DNA of 64,000 bases, from assembly GCA_965242965.1 (NCBI GenBank), contig OZ251518.1, positions 1,472,001-1,536,000 of the forward strand. Reading direction: 5' to 3'. Under the pieces are notes generated by a model. It saw nothing but the letters and a program-made list of their open reading frames with translations, did no database searches and was not told the origin of the DNA. Of this stretch, positions 38,532 through 49,357 are shown piece after piece. Position 1 is the first letter of the stretch; each line of letters starts with the position of its first letter. This stretch comes from Candidatus Poribacteria bacterium. GTDB lineage: Bacteria; Poribacteria; WGA-4E; WGA-3G. A program made the position numbers and the translations under genes.

Positions 38532-38835
38532 AATTTCCTTTTCGTGTTATCATTCATAAAAGTGATACGACATGACATGTTGCGCCAGAGCCATTTGTGT
38601 TCTCCTGCGCGGACAGTTATTGACAACTGTCCTGACAGGGACACGTCTCTAGACCCGGCGTGCATCGAGACCGGGAGGTCTCTCCTACGTCCTGACAGGG
38701 ACCCGTCTATAGGACAGAGAGCCATTTAGGTTTTCCTGCAGGCATCGGCGCGCTGAATCGCTCTGTGTTGAATCTGCGTTTTTTGCAAGAATTGTAACGA
38801 ATTTTCTCTAAAAAGTCAAGAGGACTGAATGGACG

Positions 38836-40023
38836 ATGCGAACCGAAGAAGATAAACTCCGATTTTTGCGGGAGACCGCGCTGTTTTCGGCACTCCCCCA
38901 GACAGAATTAAAGTTAATCTGCGATATCGCTCGCGAGGTAACTTACCCCGCCGAGGAAACGCTGTTTGAAGAAGGCGACCAGGGTGATTCGCTTTACCTA
39001 CTCATCAACGGCGAAGTCAGCATCATCAAGGCAGAAACCGAAGTGCTGTCCTTCGATGAAACCGGGTATTGCATCGGCGAGATAGCCCTGATTGATAACC
39101 AGCCGCGGAGTGCCACCGTCAAAACGGTAGTTCCAACGCGGTTCCTACAGATTACCCGGCACGATTTCCTGCAGGCGATGAAACGGGAGACGCTGATCGG
39201 TATCGGCATGTTTCGGGTGCTGAACGACAAAATCCGGCGCGACCTGGAAATTCAGATGGATGCTATCCGCAAGGATAGTGCGCAGGAAGAATCGATGCGC
39301 CTCGCCGCGGAGGTGCAACAATCCATTCTGCCTAACGAAGAAATTGCTACGTCGTGTTTAACCTCCGCCGGGTATTGCAAACCGACGAATAGCGTCGGCG
39401 GCGACTATTACGATTATCTCTATCTACCGCAAGACAGGGTGGCACTCTTCCTCGGCGATGTGATGGGACACGGCTACCACTCGGCGATGGTGGCGGCGAT
39501 GACCAAAAGTTGTTTGCAAACCCAAATCCGCTTTGACGCTTCGGTGCCGGAAGTCATGAAGGCTGTCAACCGCGTCGCAGAGGAAGACGCACAGGCGTTT
39601 ATATACCAGACCTGCTGTTACGTCATCGTTCATCCGGATAATCGGCTGGAGTTCGCCAACGCCGGGCATCCCGCGATGCTCCTCTTCCGTGCCGAACCGC
39701 AGACGGAGCCGCTTGAGTTGAAATCTGCCTTTACGCCGCTTGGCACCTCCAAATTCCTGTTGCAGTCAGAGACAACCTACTGTAGCACGGAGTTGGCGTG
39801 GCATCCGGGTGATTTGCTCGTCCTTTACTCCGATGGCATCACTGAAGCGTTTAACACTGCATCTGAAATGTATGGGCTAGAACGTTTCAAAACCTTGTTA
39901 TCTGAAAAGCGGCATCTATCTGCTGCCGAAATCAAGCAGGAAGTTCTGGCAGACCTGGGGGCGCATCAGCGGGGTGCCGCTGCAAACGATGATATTACGC
40001 TAATTATTGCGAAGTTCCGGTAG
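38836..40023 (+). CDS. cNMP-binding domain + PP2C/SpoIIE (RsbU-like) phosphatase
   Basis: GEIALIDNQPRSATV; VGGDYYD, GDVMGHG, NAGHP, YSDGITE, DDIT. Confidence 0.93.
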   Translation: MRTEEDKLRFLRETALFSALPQTELKLICDIAREVTYPAEETLFEEGDQGDSLYLLINGEVSIIKAETEVLSFDETGYCIGEIALIDNQPRSATVKTVVPTRFLQITRHDFLQAMKRETLIGIGMFRVLNDKIRRDLEIQMDAIRKDSAQEESMRLAAEVQQSILPNEEIATSCLTSAGYCKPTNSVGGDYYDYLYLPQDRVALFLGDVMGHGYHSAMVAAMTKSCLQTQIRFDASVPEVMKAVNRVAEEDAQAFIYQTCCYVIVHPDNRLEFANAGHPAMLLFRAEPQTEPLELKSAFTPLGTSKFLLQSETTYCSTELAWHPGDLLVLYSDGITEAFNTASEMYGLERFKTLLSEKRHLSAAEIKQEVLADLGAHQRGAAANDDITLIIAKFR

Positions 40024-40047
40024 TCATACCGTACGCCGCCGCATTCC

Positions 40048-40260
40048 CGTAGCGCGGGGGCCTGTCCCCCGCGATCGTCCCTTTCACCGTAGCGCGGGGG
40101 CCTGTCCCCCGCGATCGTTGCATGGCGAGGGACAGGCCCTCGCCCTACGGTAAGACGTGGCGTTTTTTAACCGTAGCGCGGGGGCCTGTCCCCCGCGAAC
40201 GTTGGAGGATGCGACGGCTTCCCTACAACCGTAGCGCGGGGGCCTGTCCCCCGCGAACGT
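40048..40260. repeat. REP-like array
   Basis: Four CGTAGCGCGGGGGCCTGTCCCCCGCGA units and one inverted unit, between convergent genes. Confidence 0.9.
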
Positions 40261-40280
40261 TGGAGGATACGACAACTGCC

Positions 40281-41483
40281 CTACATCCGTCCCACCGCAT
40301 AATGCAGCAGATTCTCCATCAACGCCTTATTCATCTTCGTTGTATAATCACTATCGTTGCGGAGACTCGTGATGATATAGTGCCCCTTGCCGTGCTTGCG
40401 CACGCCGACAACGAGTTCTTTCCCCTCCGGTGTCGTCGCCAAGATTTCATCGCGCCGCCCCCAGTCCTGCCATGCATCATCAATAAAGATTGTGCCGGAT
40501 TTAATCTTATTCGGTGTGGAGAAGAGCGAATTGCCCTTTTCTGTCACGGCGAAGTGTTGCGTCGGTGGGCTTTCTACGCCTTTCAGTTTGCCCTGTAGCC
40601 ATCCCGTGCCGCACGGGTGCGTCTCGCTGCTGTCTTGCCCGGTGACGATGACAATGCCGCCTTTCTTCACGAAGTCTCGGATTTTCTTCTCCGTTTCCGG
40701 CGAGAGATGATAGCGTCCGTAACTGGAGAGCTCCTCATATCCTATCCACAAGATATCCGCCTCGTAGAGTTTGACGAGTTGTCTGTCTTGCGTCGGTTCA
40801 TAGAATATGGGACGTTTCGCGGCTTCTTTTGTTGCGCGGAGTGCTTGATACTCATACGTCATCGTGTTGGTGTAAACCGGGACCTGGCTCCACATCGGGT
40901 TCGTGCTATTGCCGGTGAGGACGAGCACCTTCACAGCGTTTTCAGGCGCGCCTACCCACATTTTCCCGGCGAGCATATCCCGCACAATTTTTTGGAACGC
41001 CTTCGTTTTCCCATCAAACGTGCGCGACATCATCGCATCGATGTGCGTAAAACTCCACCACGAACCAGTGGCGCGTCTACTGCTAGAATAACCACGCATT
41101 TGAAACCACGTGTTATCAACAAAACACATGCTATCGATGCCATAATGTTGGCGGTAGAAAACAATGATGGGCATTCCCGGTTTCAGGATATTCGCCAGTT
41201 TCTCCGGCGAGGTGCCGCGTTTGTAGTGTCCGGTGGCGAAGTTCATATTAATTTCCTTCATACCACATTCGCCTTTGACATCTTCCTGAACGGTGACGAT
41301 ACCTCTCAGGCGGCGTTTATCAACGCTTTTGACTTCGCCGAAGACGATGTTAGTGCAGGCATCAACGACTTCGCGAATGGTATATTCCCGTTCAATAAAC
41401 GCGTCCGTTTCCACTGGTGCGAACAGCAGTCCGATGAGACAGAACGCGAGCAGCGCGGCGGTGAGGTTGTGTGTCCAATCCAC
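40281..41483 (-). CDS. Secreted hypothetical protein; C-terminal domain possibly class I glutamine amidotransferase-like
   Basis: GAGGAGG RBS before GTG 41483; signal peptide; IRDFVKKGG, GKGHYII. Confidence 0.72.
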   Translation of the reverse strand: MDWTHNLTAALLAFCLIGLLFAPVETDAFIEREYTIREVVDACTNIVFGEVKSVDKRRLRGIVTVQEDVKGECGMKEINMNFATGHYKRGTSPEKLANILKPGMPIIVFYRQHYGIDSMCFVDNTWFQMRGYSSSRRATGSWWSFTHIDAMMSRTFDGKTKAFQKIVRDMLAGKMWVGAPENAVKVLVLTGNSTNPMWSQVPVYTNTMTYEYQALRATKEAAKRPIFYEPTQDRQLVKLYEADILWIGYEELSSYGRYHLSPETEKKIRDFVKKGGIVIVTGQDSSETHPCGTGWLQGKLKGVESPPTQHFAVTEKGNSLFSTPNKIKSGTIFIDDAWQDWGRRDEILATTPEGKELVVGVRKHGKGHYIITSLRNDSDYTTKMNKALMENLLHYAVGRM

Positions 41484-41575
41484 GGTAAGTTCCTCCTCGT
41501 TACGTAAGTTGGAATTTATTATAGCATATTTTGTCTGAATTTGGCAAGAAAAAAAACGCGCGGGAGCAGGAAAAA

Positions 41576-41604
41576 TTGACACAAAACCGCGCCTATGCTA
41601 ACAT
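41576..41604 (+). promoter_or_regulatory. Sigma70 promoter TTGACA-N17-TAACAT
   Basis: Consensus spacing, extended TG, ~60 nt before the next gene. Confidence 0.5.
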
Positions 41605-41664
41605 ATCCCCAAAATGCTTTTCTAGAAAAAACAGTGTTATGCGTCTTACAAGGAGACTTTCACG

Positions 41665-42771
41665 ATGAAACATTTAACGCTTTTCGCACTATTTTTCGGG
41701 ATAATTACCGTTGGAAACATTGCCGCGCACTGGGACAGCCACCCGGCAATGTCCCCCGTTTTCTTAGCCACCGCGCACGACGAACTCACGACTGATGATA
41801 AAGTCAGCGGACAAGGCGCGCTGAAGTTCAAGGTGCTTTACACCCGCGCTCACTTTCCTCCCGAAGTCGCCGCCGCGATTGACAAGGCGCATGGTGGGTT
41901 TGATGTAGACAGGCGGTCCGGCAAGGGCGAAACTTACTTCGCGCTGCCCGATGTCGGCATCATCCAAATCAGTGCGGATTTGAAAACGACGCGCCTCATT
42001 GAAACGCCGCCGGCACTGAAAGCGGCAAACGCACACTATACCACCGTCTGGACAGCCACTGATGACACGCCTTACCTCTCATTTCCGGCGAACGATGTCG
42101 GAAGAGTGTTCACGACAACGCTAGATGGCGAACTCGTCCACACGCTAGAGGCACCCGACGCGATGACTGATTTTCAAGTGCAGGTGGTAAACACCTATTT
42201 CAGTGAGGGCGGCAAGTTCGTGCCGACAGGCGTAACGCACGTTGATGGCATGCTTTACGTCACCACCGGCTACTCGAAATTGGACTACATTTTAGGGGCA
42301 AAGATTACGAATCTGGAACCGTTTGCGGCGGCGTGGCATCCGTTGGCATTCGGCGGAAAAGGCGATGCACCGGGGCAATTCGGGACAGGACATCACGTTA
42401 CGGTGCCGCATGGGACAAATCGACTGGATATTGCAGACAGGGCGAATGCGGAAGTTGAACGATATTCCCCTGATGGAACGTATCTGGAGACGCTGCCGCT
42501 CATCAAAGGCTCTTTTCCGTGTAGCATTGATTATGAGGCAGGGTATGCCGTCGTTGCGTGCCTCTACGGCCCGGATAGAAACAAAGGCGCGCCGCTCTAT
42601 ATTTTGGAAGGCAACAACCTCGTCTCAACTATTATGCCTAAGGAGGAGCTCGGGGTGGAGACGTTTCAGCATCTGCACGGTGCCGTAATTCGGCAGATTA
42701 ATGACAAGTTCTATATCATCGCGCAATCGTGGAATCCGGGGGATATTGTCATTTTGGAGCAGGTGCAGTAG
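41665..42771 (+). CDS. Secreted beta-propeller (NHL-like) protein
   Basis: Signal peptide; FGGKGDAPGQFGTGHHV...IADRAN...Y..DGTYL. Confidence 0.75.
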   Translation: MKHLTLFALFFGIITVGNIAAHWDSHPAMSPVFLATAHDELTTDDKVSGQGALKFKVLYTRAHFPPEVAAAIDKAHGGFDVDRRSGKGETYFALPDVGIIQISADLKTTRLIETPPALKAANAHYTTVWTATDDTPYLSFPANDVGRVFTTTLDGELVHTLEAPDAMTDFQVQVVNTYFSEGGKFVPTGVTHVDGMLYVTTGYSKLDYILGAKITNLEPFAAAWHPLAFGGKGDAPGQFGTGHHVTVPHGTNRLDIADRANAEVERYSPDGTYLETLPLIKGSFPCSIDYEAGYAVVACLYGPDRNKGAPLYILEGNNLVSTIMPKEELGVETFQHLHGAVIRQINDKFYIIAQSWNPGDIVILEQVQ

Positions 42772-42802
42772 GGAGAATGAAAATGCAAACGCGGGAGACA
42801 GG

Positions 42803-43051
42803 CAGTAGGAGAGACCTCCCGGTTTCGATGCTGCTAGCCCTAACTATACGGTGTGCCTCTCCGAGAGGACAGGCGTGCCTGAGTTTGACCCGTTCGGGTG
42901 CAGGCGCACCCGAACTACAGCGGTGGGCCCGCTGCCTTCCCAGTAGGCGGGACATCCCTGTCCCGATACGAACCACATTGAGACCGGGCGGCAGAAATCG
43001 AGACCAGGAGGTCTCTCCTACGGGGAAGCCATCGAGATATGAAACACCCTC
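42803..43051. repeat. REP-like array with right cap
   Basis: Ends in TATGAAACACCCTCggTTAA. Confidence 0.88.
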
Positions 43052-43302
43052 GGTTAAGAATCCTTCTGATTCGGCGTGAGATAGTTGCCAGTTATCAATC
43101 ACAACAAGCAGCCCACGCAAAGACGTTCTTAATAATCCTGTCTCCCGCGATATCAAACATGCCACCGAATACCGATGTTTGGTTTTGCTTGCGTGCCACA
43201 TAACCGTCCACGGTATCCAGGCGGAAGGCGCATCGGAATTGCTTGCTTTTTCAAACCTCATGTGTGTGCCCGCCCCACCGTCGGGACGGGCAGTTATCAA
43301 GG

Positions 43303-43566
43303 TTAGAGTTTCCACGCGTCAGCTTCGTGTTTGCTCTGTTTAGCATTGTTCAGGGCTTTCTCGTGCTGCTCTTCTATCTTTGAGAGTATAACCTGGGTTA
43401 TCTTCGCGTTAATTATACTTTCAAGAGCCTCTCTGTCACGGCAATGCAATACCTCAAGGTTGGCGTTGATACTCTCAGAGTTGATCTTGAAACGCTTGGC
43501 ACTAGAATCGTCCTTACTGTATGCCTGAGCATTCATGGTTATAGTGAGCTCAATGAATTCAACCAT
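43303..43566 (-). CDS. Small AT-richer hypothetical protein
   Basis: GGAGG RBS before MVEFIEL; no recognisable motif. Confidence 0.45.
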   Translation of the reverse strand: MVEFIELTITMNAQAYSKDDSSAKRFKINSESINANLEVLHCRDREALESIINAKITQVILSKIEEQHEKALNNAKQSKHEADAWKL

Positions 43567-43763
43567 TTTTTTACCTCCATTATGGTGGTGGGCATCGCGC
43601 TCTTTCAAAAATGAACATACATCAGGAAACGAGGTGTTCATTCTTTAATTATGCCACAAAATAAACCGAAATGCAAATTTTTTTGCATTTTCTGAGAATT
43701 ATCTGCGAATTCCATTGAAAACGCAAGTTTTCTCGCGGTTGCCTGAAAATTCAGAGTTAATCA

Positions 43764-44398
43764 GAGAGTGTTTCATAACTCGTTTTCCCGGTAGGAGAGA
43801 CCTCCCGGTCTCGATGTGAGCGGTGCCCCCGTAGGCACCCTCCCGCTCTCAATATCGTCCGCGCAATCCGACACTCGCGGGGGAAACCCGCTCGGATGCG
43901 CGTGTGGCATCCGAGGGCCCTCGCGCTACGGGAAAAAACGGCACTTCACCGTAGGGCGAGGGCCTGTCCCTCGCCATGCGTTTGGCGGGCAGACCTTCTC
44001 ACCTCTGTAGGTCAGGATCGGGCGATCTTGACCCGTTTGTGATCAGGCGATCACAAACTACAGAGAGGGGAGAACGGAAAAAACGTCTCTTGTTCTCTTC
44101 AGGTCTGTAGGACCTGAATGTCTATAGCACGTGCAGACGCGAAGAATCCTAAGGGCCTTTAGGTCCTTAATGTGTTTTACCGTGCCGCGTGTTTTCTTAT
44201 TAAGGACCTAAAGGACCTTGAAAACGGGCCGACACATGCTGCTATAGACATGTAGGACCTAAAGGACCTAAAACGCCTCGGGACGATAGAGTTCGCGAGG
44301 GACAGGCAACCCCGCCCTACGATAAAAATAATGGCTTCTTTTTATCGAGACCAGGAGGTCTCTCCTACTGGGAAGCCATCGAAATATGAAATACCCTC
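43764..44398. mobile_element. Capped REP cassette
   Basis: GAGAGTGTTTCATA ... TATGAAATACCCTC, with TTAA just outside both ends. Confidence 0.7.
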
Positions 44399-44477
44399 AA
44401 TTAATCTCTAGAGTTCAAGCTCGCTGATCCCGAACATCCCGAGGCCTGACGAAATTGGCCTACAGACGCGTGGCCGC

Positions 44478-46157
44478 CTAAAATTCCGGCGATAGACGCA
44501 TCAGACTATTCCGACGCGGCACATACAGATACGCCGCCCTACCCGTGAAATACTGCGAGTAAACCTGTTGCCAATTGCTGTTCGTCAGTTTCCAGTGAGG
44601 GGCAGGCCCCAGTTTAAAATAGACAATGTCCGCCTCTTGCAGGTTCTGAAACGGATAGTCGCCGATCGGCGCGCCGCGGTGCTCCGCAACGAAAATAACG
44701 GCGTTGTGGATATCGCGTTCGGCTACCATCGGCGGCAGTTTCTGATATACGGCACCCCAATTTTGATACACATGCCCGATGCGGACATAACTCCACGCGG
44801 TATTGACGCTGAGTAGGAGAAGCACGACACTCGCCGCTATAATCAACGGCTTCGTCTGTTTGATTCGCTCATAGACGATGAGCATCCCGCGCGCCACCAG
44901 CGGAATGAAGGCGAGCAGCGTCGTTTCAGTGTAATAACGCGCATTAACCGGTGTGAAACCCCACGTTGAACCTTCAAAATAGAAGAAGGCGTAAAGCAAC
45001 AAATTGCCTACGATGAGCGCGAGGCAGAGCCAATCGTATCGGTTGCGCGAGATGCCTTCTTCTGTAAAACGGGGACGCTTGTTCCCGTTGCTGAAAAACG
45101 GCAGCAATGCGAGGCACCACGGGAACAGTAATGGCACGAACGCGACAATGAAACCGAAGAATGAGTATCCCGATTCTCCTGTCAGTAACCGGTGGTGATA
45201 CCCACCCCAACCGAGTGCGTTGAAACTGATGCACGGTAGGATGTGTTTCCACGTCCTCTCAATTGCCCATGCCGGTGTGAAATCGAAAGCGTTTTCGAGG
45301 TTCGGTTCATAACCTTCCATCCGTTTGCCGAACCCGATTTTGTCGTAGGGTTGCGCCACGGTGTGCGTAAACATAAATGCGTCGCCGGTGAAATGCGCGT
45401 TCCACGCCATGCACACACCTACCATGAGAAAAAAGGGAATTAAGAAAACGCCGAGTCGTGTGATGAGTGGGCGAAACTCTTGTGCTTCCGTGCGCGCTTT
45501 TACAAGATGATAGAGTGCCAGCCCTCCTCCCACCACGCCGAACACCACTGCCGAGAGGGGCCGCGTATTGAAAGCGTATCCCAAAGCAAACCCCGACAAG
45601 ATCGGATACCCGAACCCCAGTAGGCGCGCTTTGGAAGTTCGCGTTCCGTTCAACGTCTTAATCAACGCGAACAGATAAAGCGCGAGGAAAAACCGACTCA
45701 CCGGCTCACTAAACCACGTCGCGCCCATCCCTAGTGTTGCCGGCGATATGAGCCCTAGCACTACGGCGATAAGTGCAACCGTTTTTCCAACAGGCGCGCC
45801 CTCCCGTTTTTGATACATCTCTTTCACGAGGAGATACAACAAAAACAGCGCGCCTCCTGTCGCCAGCGCGGGGATAAGCCAAGGCGCATTAAGCAACACG
45901 CCGAATGTCAACATCAACGCATTGCCGAACGGATATTTTGAATACCATTTGCCGTTCAGAATGTTAATGTGTGGCGATGACGAAAATCCGTGTTCTGGCG
46001 GTGCCGGCACCGAAAGTTTCCCTTCCGCGAACAACTTCGCCTGAAATAGATAGGATACGGTGTCCGGCTCAAAGTAGGAGAAATGAAAATAGATGCCGCT
46101 TAAAAGCACCGACAGCAGCACGCCGAGTATGGAAATGATAAGAACAAGTTTGCGCAT
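44478..46157 (-). CDS. Polytopic membrane glycosyltransferase (GT-C, ArnT/PMT-like)
   Basis: EPDTVSYLFQAKLF, SKYPFG, FNTRP, many TM helices; start MRKLVL. Confidence 0.78.
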   Translation of the reverse strand: MRKLVLIISILGVLLSVLLSGIYFHFSYFEPDTVSYLFQAKLFAEGKLSVPAPPEHGFSSSPHINILNGKWYSKYPFGNALMLTFGVLLNAPWLIPALATGGALFLLYLLVKEMYQKREGAPVGKTVALIAVVLGLISPATLGMGATWFSEPVSRFFLALYLFALIKTLNGTRTSKARLLGFGYPILSGFALGYAFNTRPLSAVVFGVVGGGLALYHLVKARTEAQEFRPLITRLGVFLIPFFLMVGVCMAWNAHFTGDAFMFTHTVAQPYDKIGFGKRMEGYEPNLENAFDFTPAWAIERTWKHILPCISFNALGWGGYHHRLLTGESGYSFFGFIVAFVPLLFPWCLALLPFFSNGNKRPRFTEEGISRNRYDWLCLALIVGNLLLYAFFYFEGSTWGFTPVNARYYTETTLLAFIPLVARGMLIVYERIKQTKPLIIAASVVLLLLSVNTAWSYVRIGHVYQNWGAVYQKLPPMVAERDIHNAVIFVAEHRGAPIGDYPFQNLQEADIVYFKLGPAPHWKLTNSNWQQVYSQYFTGRAAYLYVPRRNSLMRLSPEF

Positions 46158-46199
46158 GTTACGTGTCCTCTGACGAAAAAATGCCTCTTCTCTCGGAGC

Positions 46200-46622
46200 A
46201 GTTCGCGGGGGACAGGCCCCCGCGCTACGGTGCGCGGGCCCCTTTGGCCCGTAGGGCGAGGGCCTGTCCCTCGCCATGCTGCGTTCGCGAGGGAGGTACC
46301 TCGCCAAACAACGTTCGCGGGGGACAGGCCCCCGCGCTACGGGACGCGGGCCCCTTTGTATCGTAGGGCGAGGGCCTGTCCCTCGCCATGCTGCGTTCGC
46401 GAGGGAGGTACCTCGCCAAACAACGATCGCGGGGGACAGGCACCCGCGCTACGGTGCGCGGGCCCCTTTGTATCGTAGGGCTTGGGCCCTCGGATGCCAC
46501 ACGCGCATGCGAGCGGGTTCCCCTCGCCATGCAACGATCGCGAGGGAGGTACCTCGCCAAACAACGATCGCGGGGGACAGGCCCCCGCGCTACGGTACGC
46601 GGGCCCCATCTGTCCCTCGCCA
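46200..46622. repeat. BIME-like tandem array, ~123-bp period
   Basis: Three repeats of an inverted hairpin pair plus CGCGAGGGAGGTACCTCGCC spacer hairpin. Confidence 0.92.
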
Positions 46623-46628
46623 TGCTTA

Positions 46629-48233
46629 TCACTTACCCAATTTATCGAACAACGAATCCTGCATGGGTTTGCCTGTCCACGGATTGGACAAGGCAGGCAG
46701 TTGCAATTGCGCGCGGTTTGCATAGAAGTCCGCCACCGAGAAAAACTGCAACCGCGGATATTCGCTTACCCCCATTTTGAGCGGTGCAAGCGATGCCGCC
46801 TCCCGCAAATCTTTCGGCGAGTTGTGCGGTGTCATCGTGATGAAAATGCCCATCGCCGCGTTCACTTTGTCCATCGTCCAGATGAAACTGGTGACATCGT
46901 TAGGGCCGACGCGCCCACTCTTCACCTGAATGACAATGGCGCGCGAGTCGAAATTGTCGGGCGCGTGCGTCAGCAAGCCGAATCCATCAATGCCGCCATC
47001 GCCGGATTTTTTGGCGTTGGAGGCAAACCCTTTGATAAGCGAGATGGCCCAATCCTGGAACTTATAGCGGCTTTCCAGTGCGAGGCGTTTGGCACTCGCC
47101 AGGTCGGTCGGGGTGCCGGTGATTTTCAGGGGTGCGATGCCCTTGTTCTGTGTGAGGCGTTCGGTGTTGATAATATCTAACGCGCTGGGCAACACATCAA
47201 TGCCGATGACATCGCGGCCGAGGGTGCGTGCAGCTTCAATCGTGGTGCCGCAGCCACAAAACGGATCGAGGACGAGGTCACCGGGTTTAGAGGAGGCGTT
47301 GATGATGCGTTCCAGCAATGCCAGCGGCTTCTGCGTCGGGTAGCCGAGGAATTCTTTGCCGCGGCAAGGCGAAATATCTGCCCACAGGTTATCAACCTGT
47401 TTCCCCTTGTCTTCCTCCATGTAACGAATACGATAGGGTGTCCCGGTTTTGCTAAAATAGACGCGCCCCTCTTGGAAAAGCCGCTCAACGTTTTCCTTCG
47501 TTGTCATCCACCCGCTCGGATATGGATTCTCATACCCGCGCCATTCATAACAGAGATTCGGCCGGGCATCGTGAGCCGGACGACACCAGAATGAGGTTAA
47601 CGCAAAACGTCTCCCTTGTTCGTCAATCTTCGGGTAGCGTTTTTCGGCATCCGGGTCTGGTTCATAACTGCCGTTAAATGCATGCTTGGGCATCGCGTAA
47701 AAGAAGATAGTATCCGTGCTTGCACCGAATTTCTTCGGTTTATGCTGACTGCCTTTTCCACCACCGCCGGTGCGGTGCCAGACAATCTCATTCCTGAAGT
47801 TCGCCGCGCCAAAGACGACATCCATCAGGATTTTGAGATAATGCGATGCAGTTGAATCACAGTGGAGGTAAATCGCACCTGTCGGCTTCAGGATGCGATG
47901 CATCTCCATCAACCGTTCTGCCATGTAACTCGTATAGGCGAGCATCTTGCTGTTGGGAATGAACAACTCAAACCCGGCGATGACTTGCGAAATCGGGTTC
48001 GCAATTGCCGAGGTGAGTCGGGCGACGCGGGCGGTGGCGGCTTCATCCCACCGCCACATATCATCAAACGCTTTGATCTGCGCGTCAATGTTCAGCCCAC
48101 TCTTCTTAAAAGGTGAGCTGTATCGTTCATTAGAATTAAACGGCGGATCGAGACAGATGATGTCAACGGTGTTATCGTCCCACTGTTGCATGACATTGAG
48201 GCAATCGCCGTAATAGAGGGTGTTGCGTTCCAT
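46629..48233 (-). CDS. N6/N4 DNA methyltransferase fused to Mrr-like PD-(D/E)xK domain
   Basis: LYYGDCL, LDPPFNS, YPTQKP, DPFCGCGTT; C-terminal GDGGIDG...IQVK. Confidence 0.9.
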   Translation of the reverse strand: MERNTLYYGDCLNVMQQWDDNTVDIICLDPPFNSNERYSSPFKKSGLNIDAQIKAFDDMWRWDEAATARVARLTSAIANPISQVIAGFELFIPNSKMLAYTSYMAERLMEMHRILKPTGAIYLHCDSTASHYLKILMDVVFGAANFRNEIVWHRTGGGGKGSQHKPKKFGASTDTIFFYAMPKHAFNGSYEPDPDAEKRYPKIDEQGRRFALTSFWCRPAHDARPNLCYEWRGYENPYPSGWMTTKENVERLFQEGRVYFSKTGTPYRIRYMEEDKGKQVDNLWADISPCRGKEFLGYPTQKPLALLERIINASSKPGDLVLDPFCGCGTTIEAARTLGRDVIGIDVLPSALDIINTERLTQNKGIAPLKITGTPTDLASAKRLALESRYKFQDWAISLIKGFASNAKKSGDGGIDGFGLLTHAPDNFDSRAIVIQVKSGRVGPNDVTSFIWTMDKVNAAMGIFITMTPHNSPKDLREAASLAPLKMGVSEYPRLQFFSVADFYANRAQLQLPALSNPWTGKPMQDSLFDKLGK

Positions 48234-48295
48234 AGTTTGTCCCAGGTTAGAGTTCCTGTTCTCTAGCAATCTGCAAGAGTTGCCGTAGGTTTAAA

Positions 48296-48673
48296 GAGGG
48301 TGTTTCATAAATCGCTCAACGTCGCGGGGACAGGCCCCCGCGCTACGGTGCGCGGGCCCCTTTGTATCGTAGGGCGAGGGCCTGTCCCTCGCCATGCAAC
48401 GATCGCGGGGGACAGGCCCCCGCGCTACGGTAAAAAACGGCCTCCTTCACCGTAACTGCGGTGAAAAAACGCCGCCCCTTCATCGTAGGGCGAGGGCTTG
48501 TCCCTCGCCATCGTTCGCGCTACGGAAAAACGTCTCTTGTTCTCTTCAGGTCCTAAAAGACCTAAAACGCCACTTCTTGGCGATGGAGCTCGCGGGGGAC
48601 AGGCCCCCGCGCTACGGGAACATCGAAACCCGAGATCTCTCCTACCGAACACATCGAATTATGAAACACTCTC
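48296..48673. mobile_element. Capped REP cassette
   Basis: GAGGGTGTTTCATA ... TATGAAACACTCTC. Confidence 0.7.
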
Positions 48674-48694
48674 AGTTTAACCCTCCCAAGAGCT

Positions 48695-49243
48695 TCATGC
48701 ACTCGGCATTTGGTTCTGTTTGAGAGCCGTCAATTCCTTTTGCATCGCTTCAAGTTGGCGTTGCTGTGCGCTTGCCGCTTCTTGCAGTTCCTTGATTTCG
48801 CGCTGTTGCACCGCAATTTTCTCTGCCTGTTCGCGTTCGTTTTTCCGCTGCTGCAAGTAAGGCAGCCCGAGGATAGCACCGAACAATCCTATCAGTGCCA
48901 GCACCAACAGGAAGTTCCAGTTGAGTTGCTCTTTGACGGCGTTGATACTAATGCCGGTTTTTGCGGTTTCTTGGGCGGGGAACTCGTTGCTCCGTTCTTC
49001 GGATGCAACGATGTCCTTACTCAGCTGTTCTTCGGATGCGACGATTTCTGCCTTCAGTCGCTTTTCGGATGCGATGATTTCCGCCTTCAGTCGCTTTTCG
49101 ACAGCAGCGAGTTCCGTGCGCACTTCTGTTGAGGATTCCTTGATAATCGCGCGGATTTTCTCGAATTCTTCTAGGCTTATCTCCCCGAGCGCCGCTGTGT
49201 TAACAAGCAAAAGTCCGAGGATAAAGAGCAGTCCTAATTTCAT
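48695..49243 (-). CDS. Coiled-coil membrane protein with 11-aa repeats
   Basis: Signal peptide, (EKRLKAEI(I/V)AS)n, TM helix, C-terminal coil. Confidence 0.78.
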   Translation of the reverse strand: MKLGLLFILGLLLVNTAALGEISLEEFEKIRAIIKESSTEVRTELAAVEKRLKAEIIASEKRLKAEIVASEEQLSKDIVASEERSNEFPAQETAKTGISINAVKEQLNWNFLLVLALIGLFGAILGLPYLQQRKNEREQAEKIAVQQREIKELQEAASAQQRQLEAMQKELTALKQNQMPSA

Positions 49244-49357
49244 GATAATCTGACCCTCCAAAAACAAGGCATATCGTTGCCTTGGTTTTCATATCTGTTG
49301 ATTTGATTTGGCTTGCACGGGCGGCTCTAGCCATCCGCCCTTACAAGCCTCGTAACG

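Noticed and set aside
46158-46307. N-terminal extensions in the ORF track (also 12357-12476 and 23323-23439)
   Set aside because: Repeat-derived or overlapping another gene; better starts exist downstream.
46200-46622. CRISPR array
   Set aside because: Units alternate in orientation and spacers repeat, which is BIME-like.
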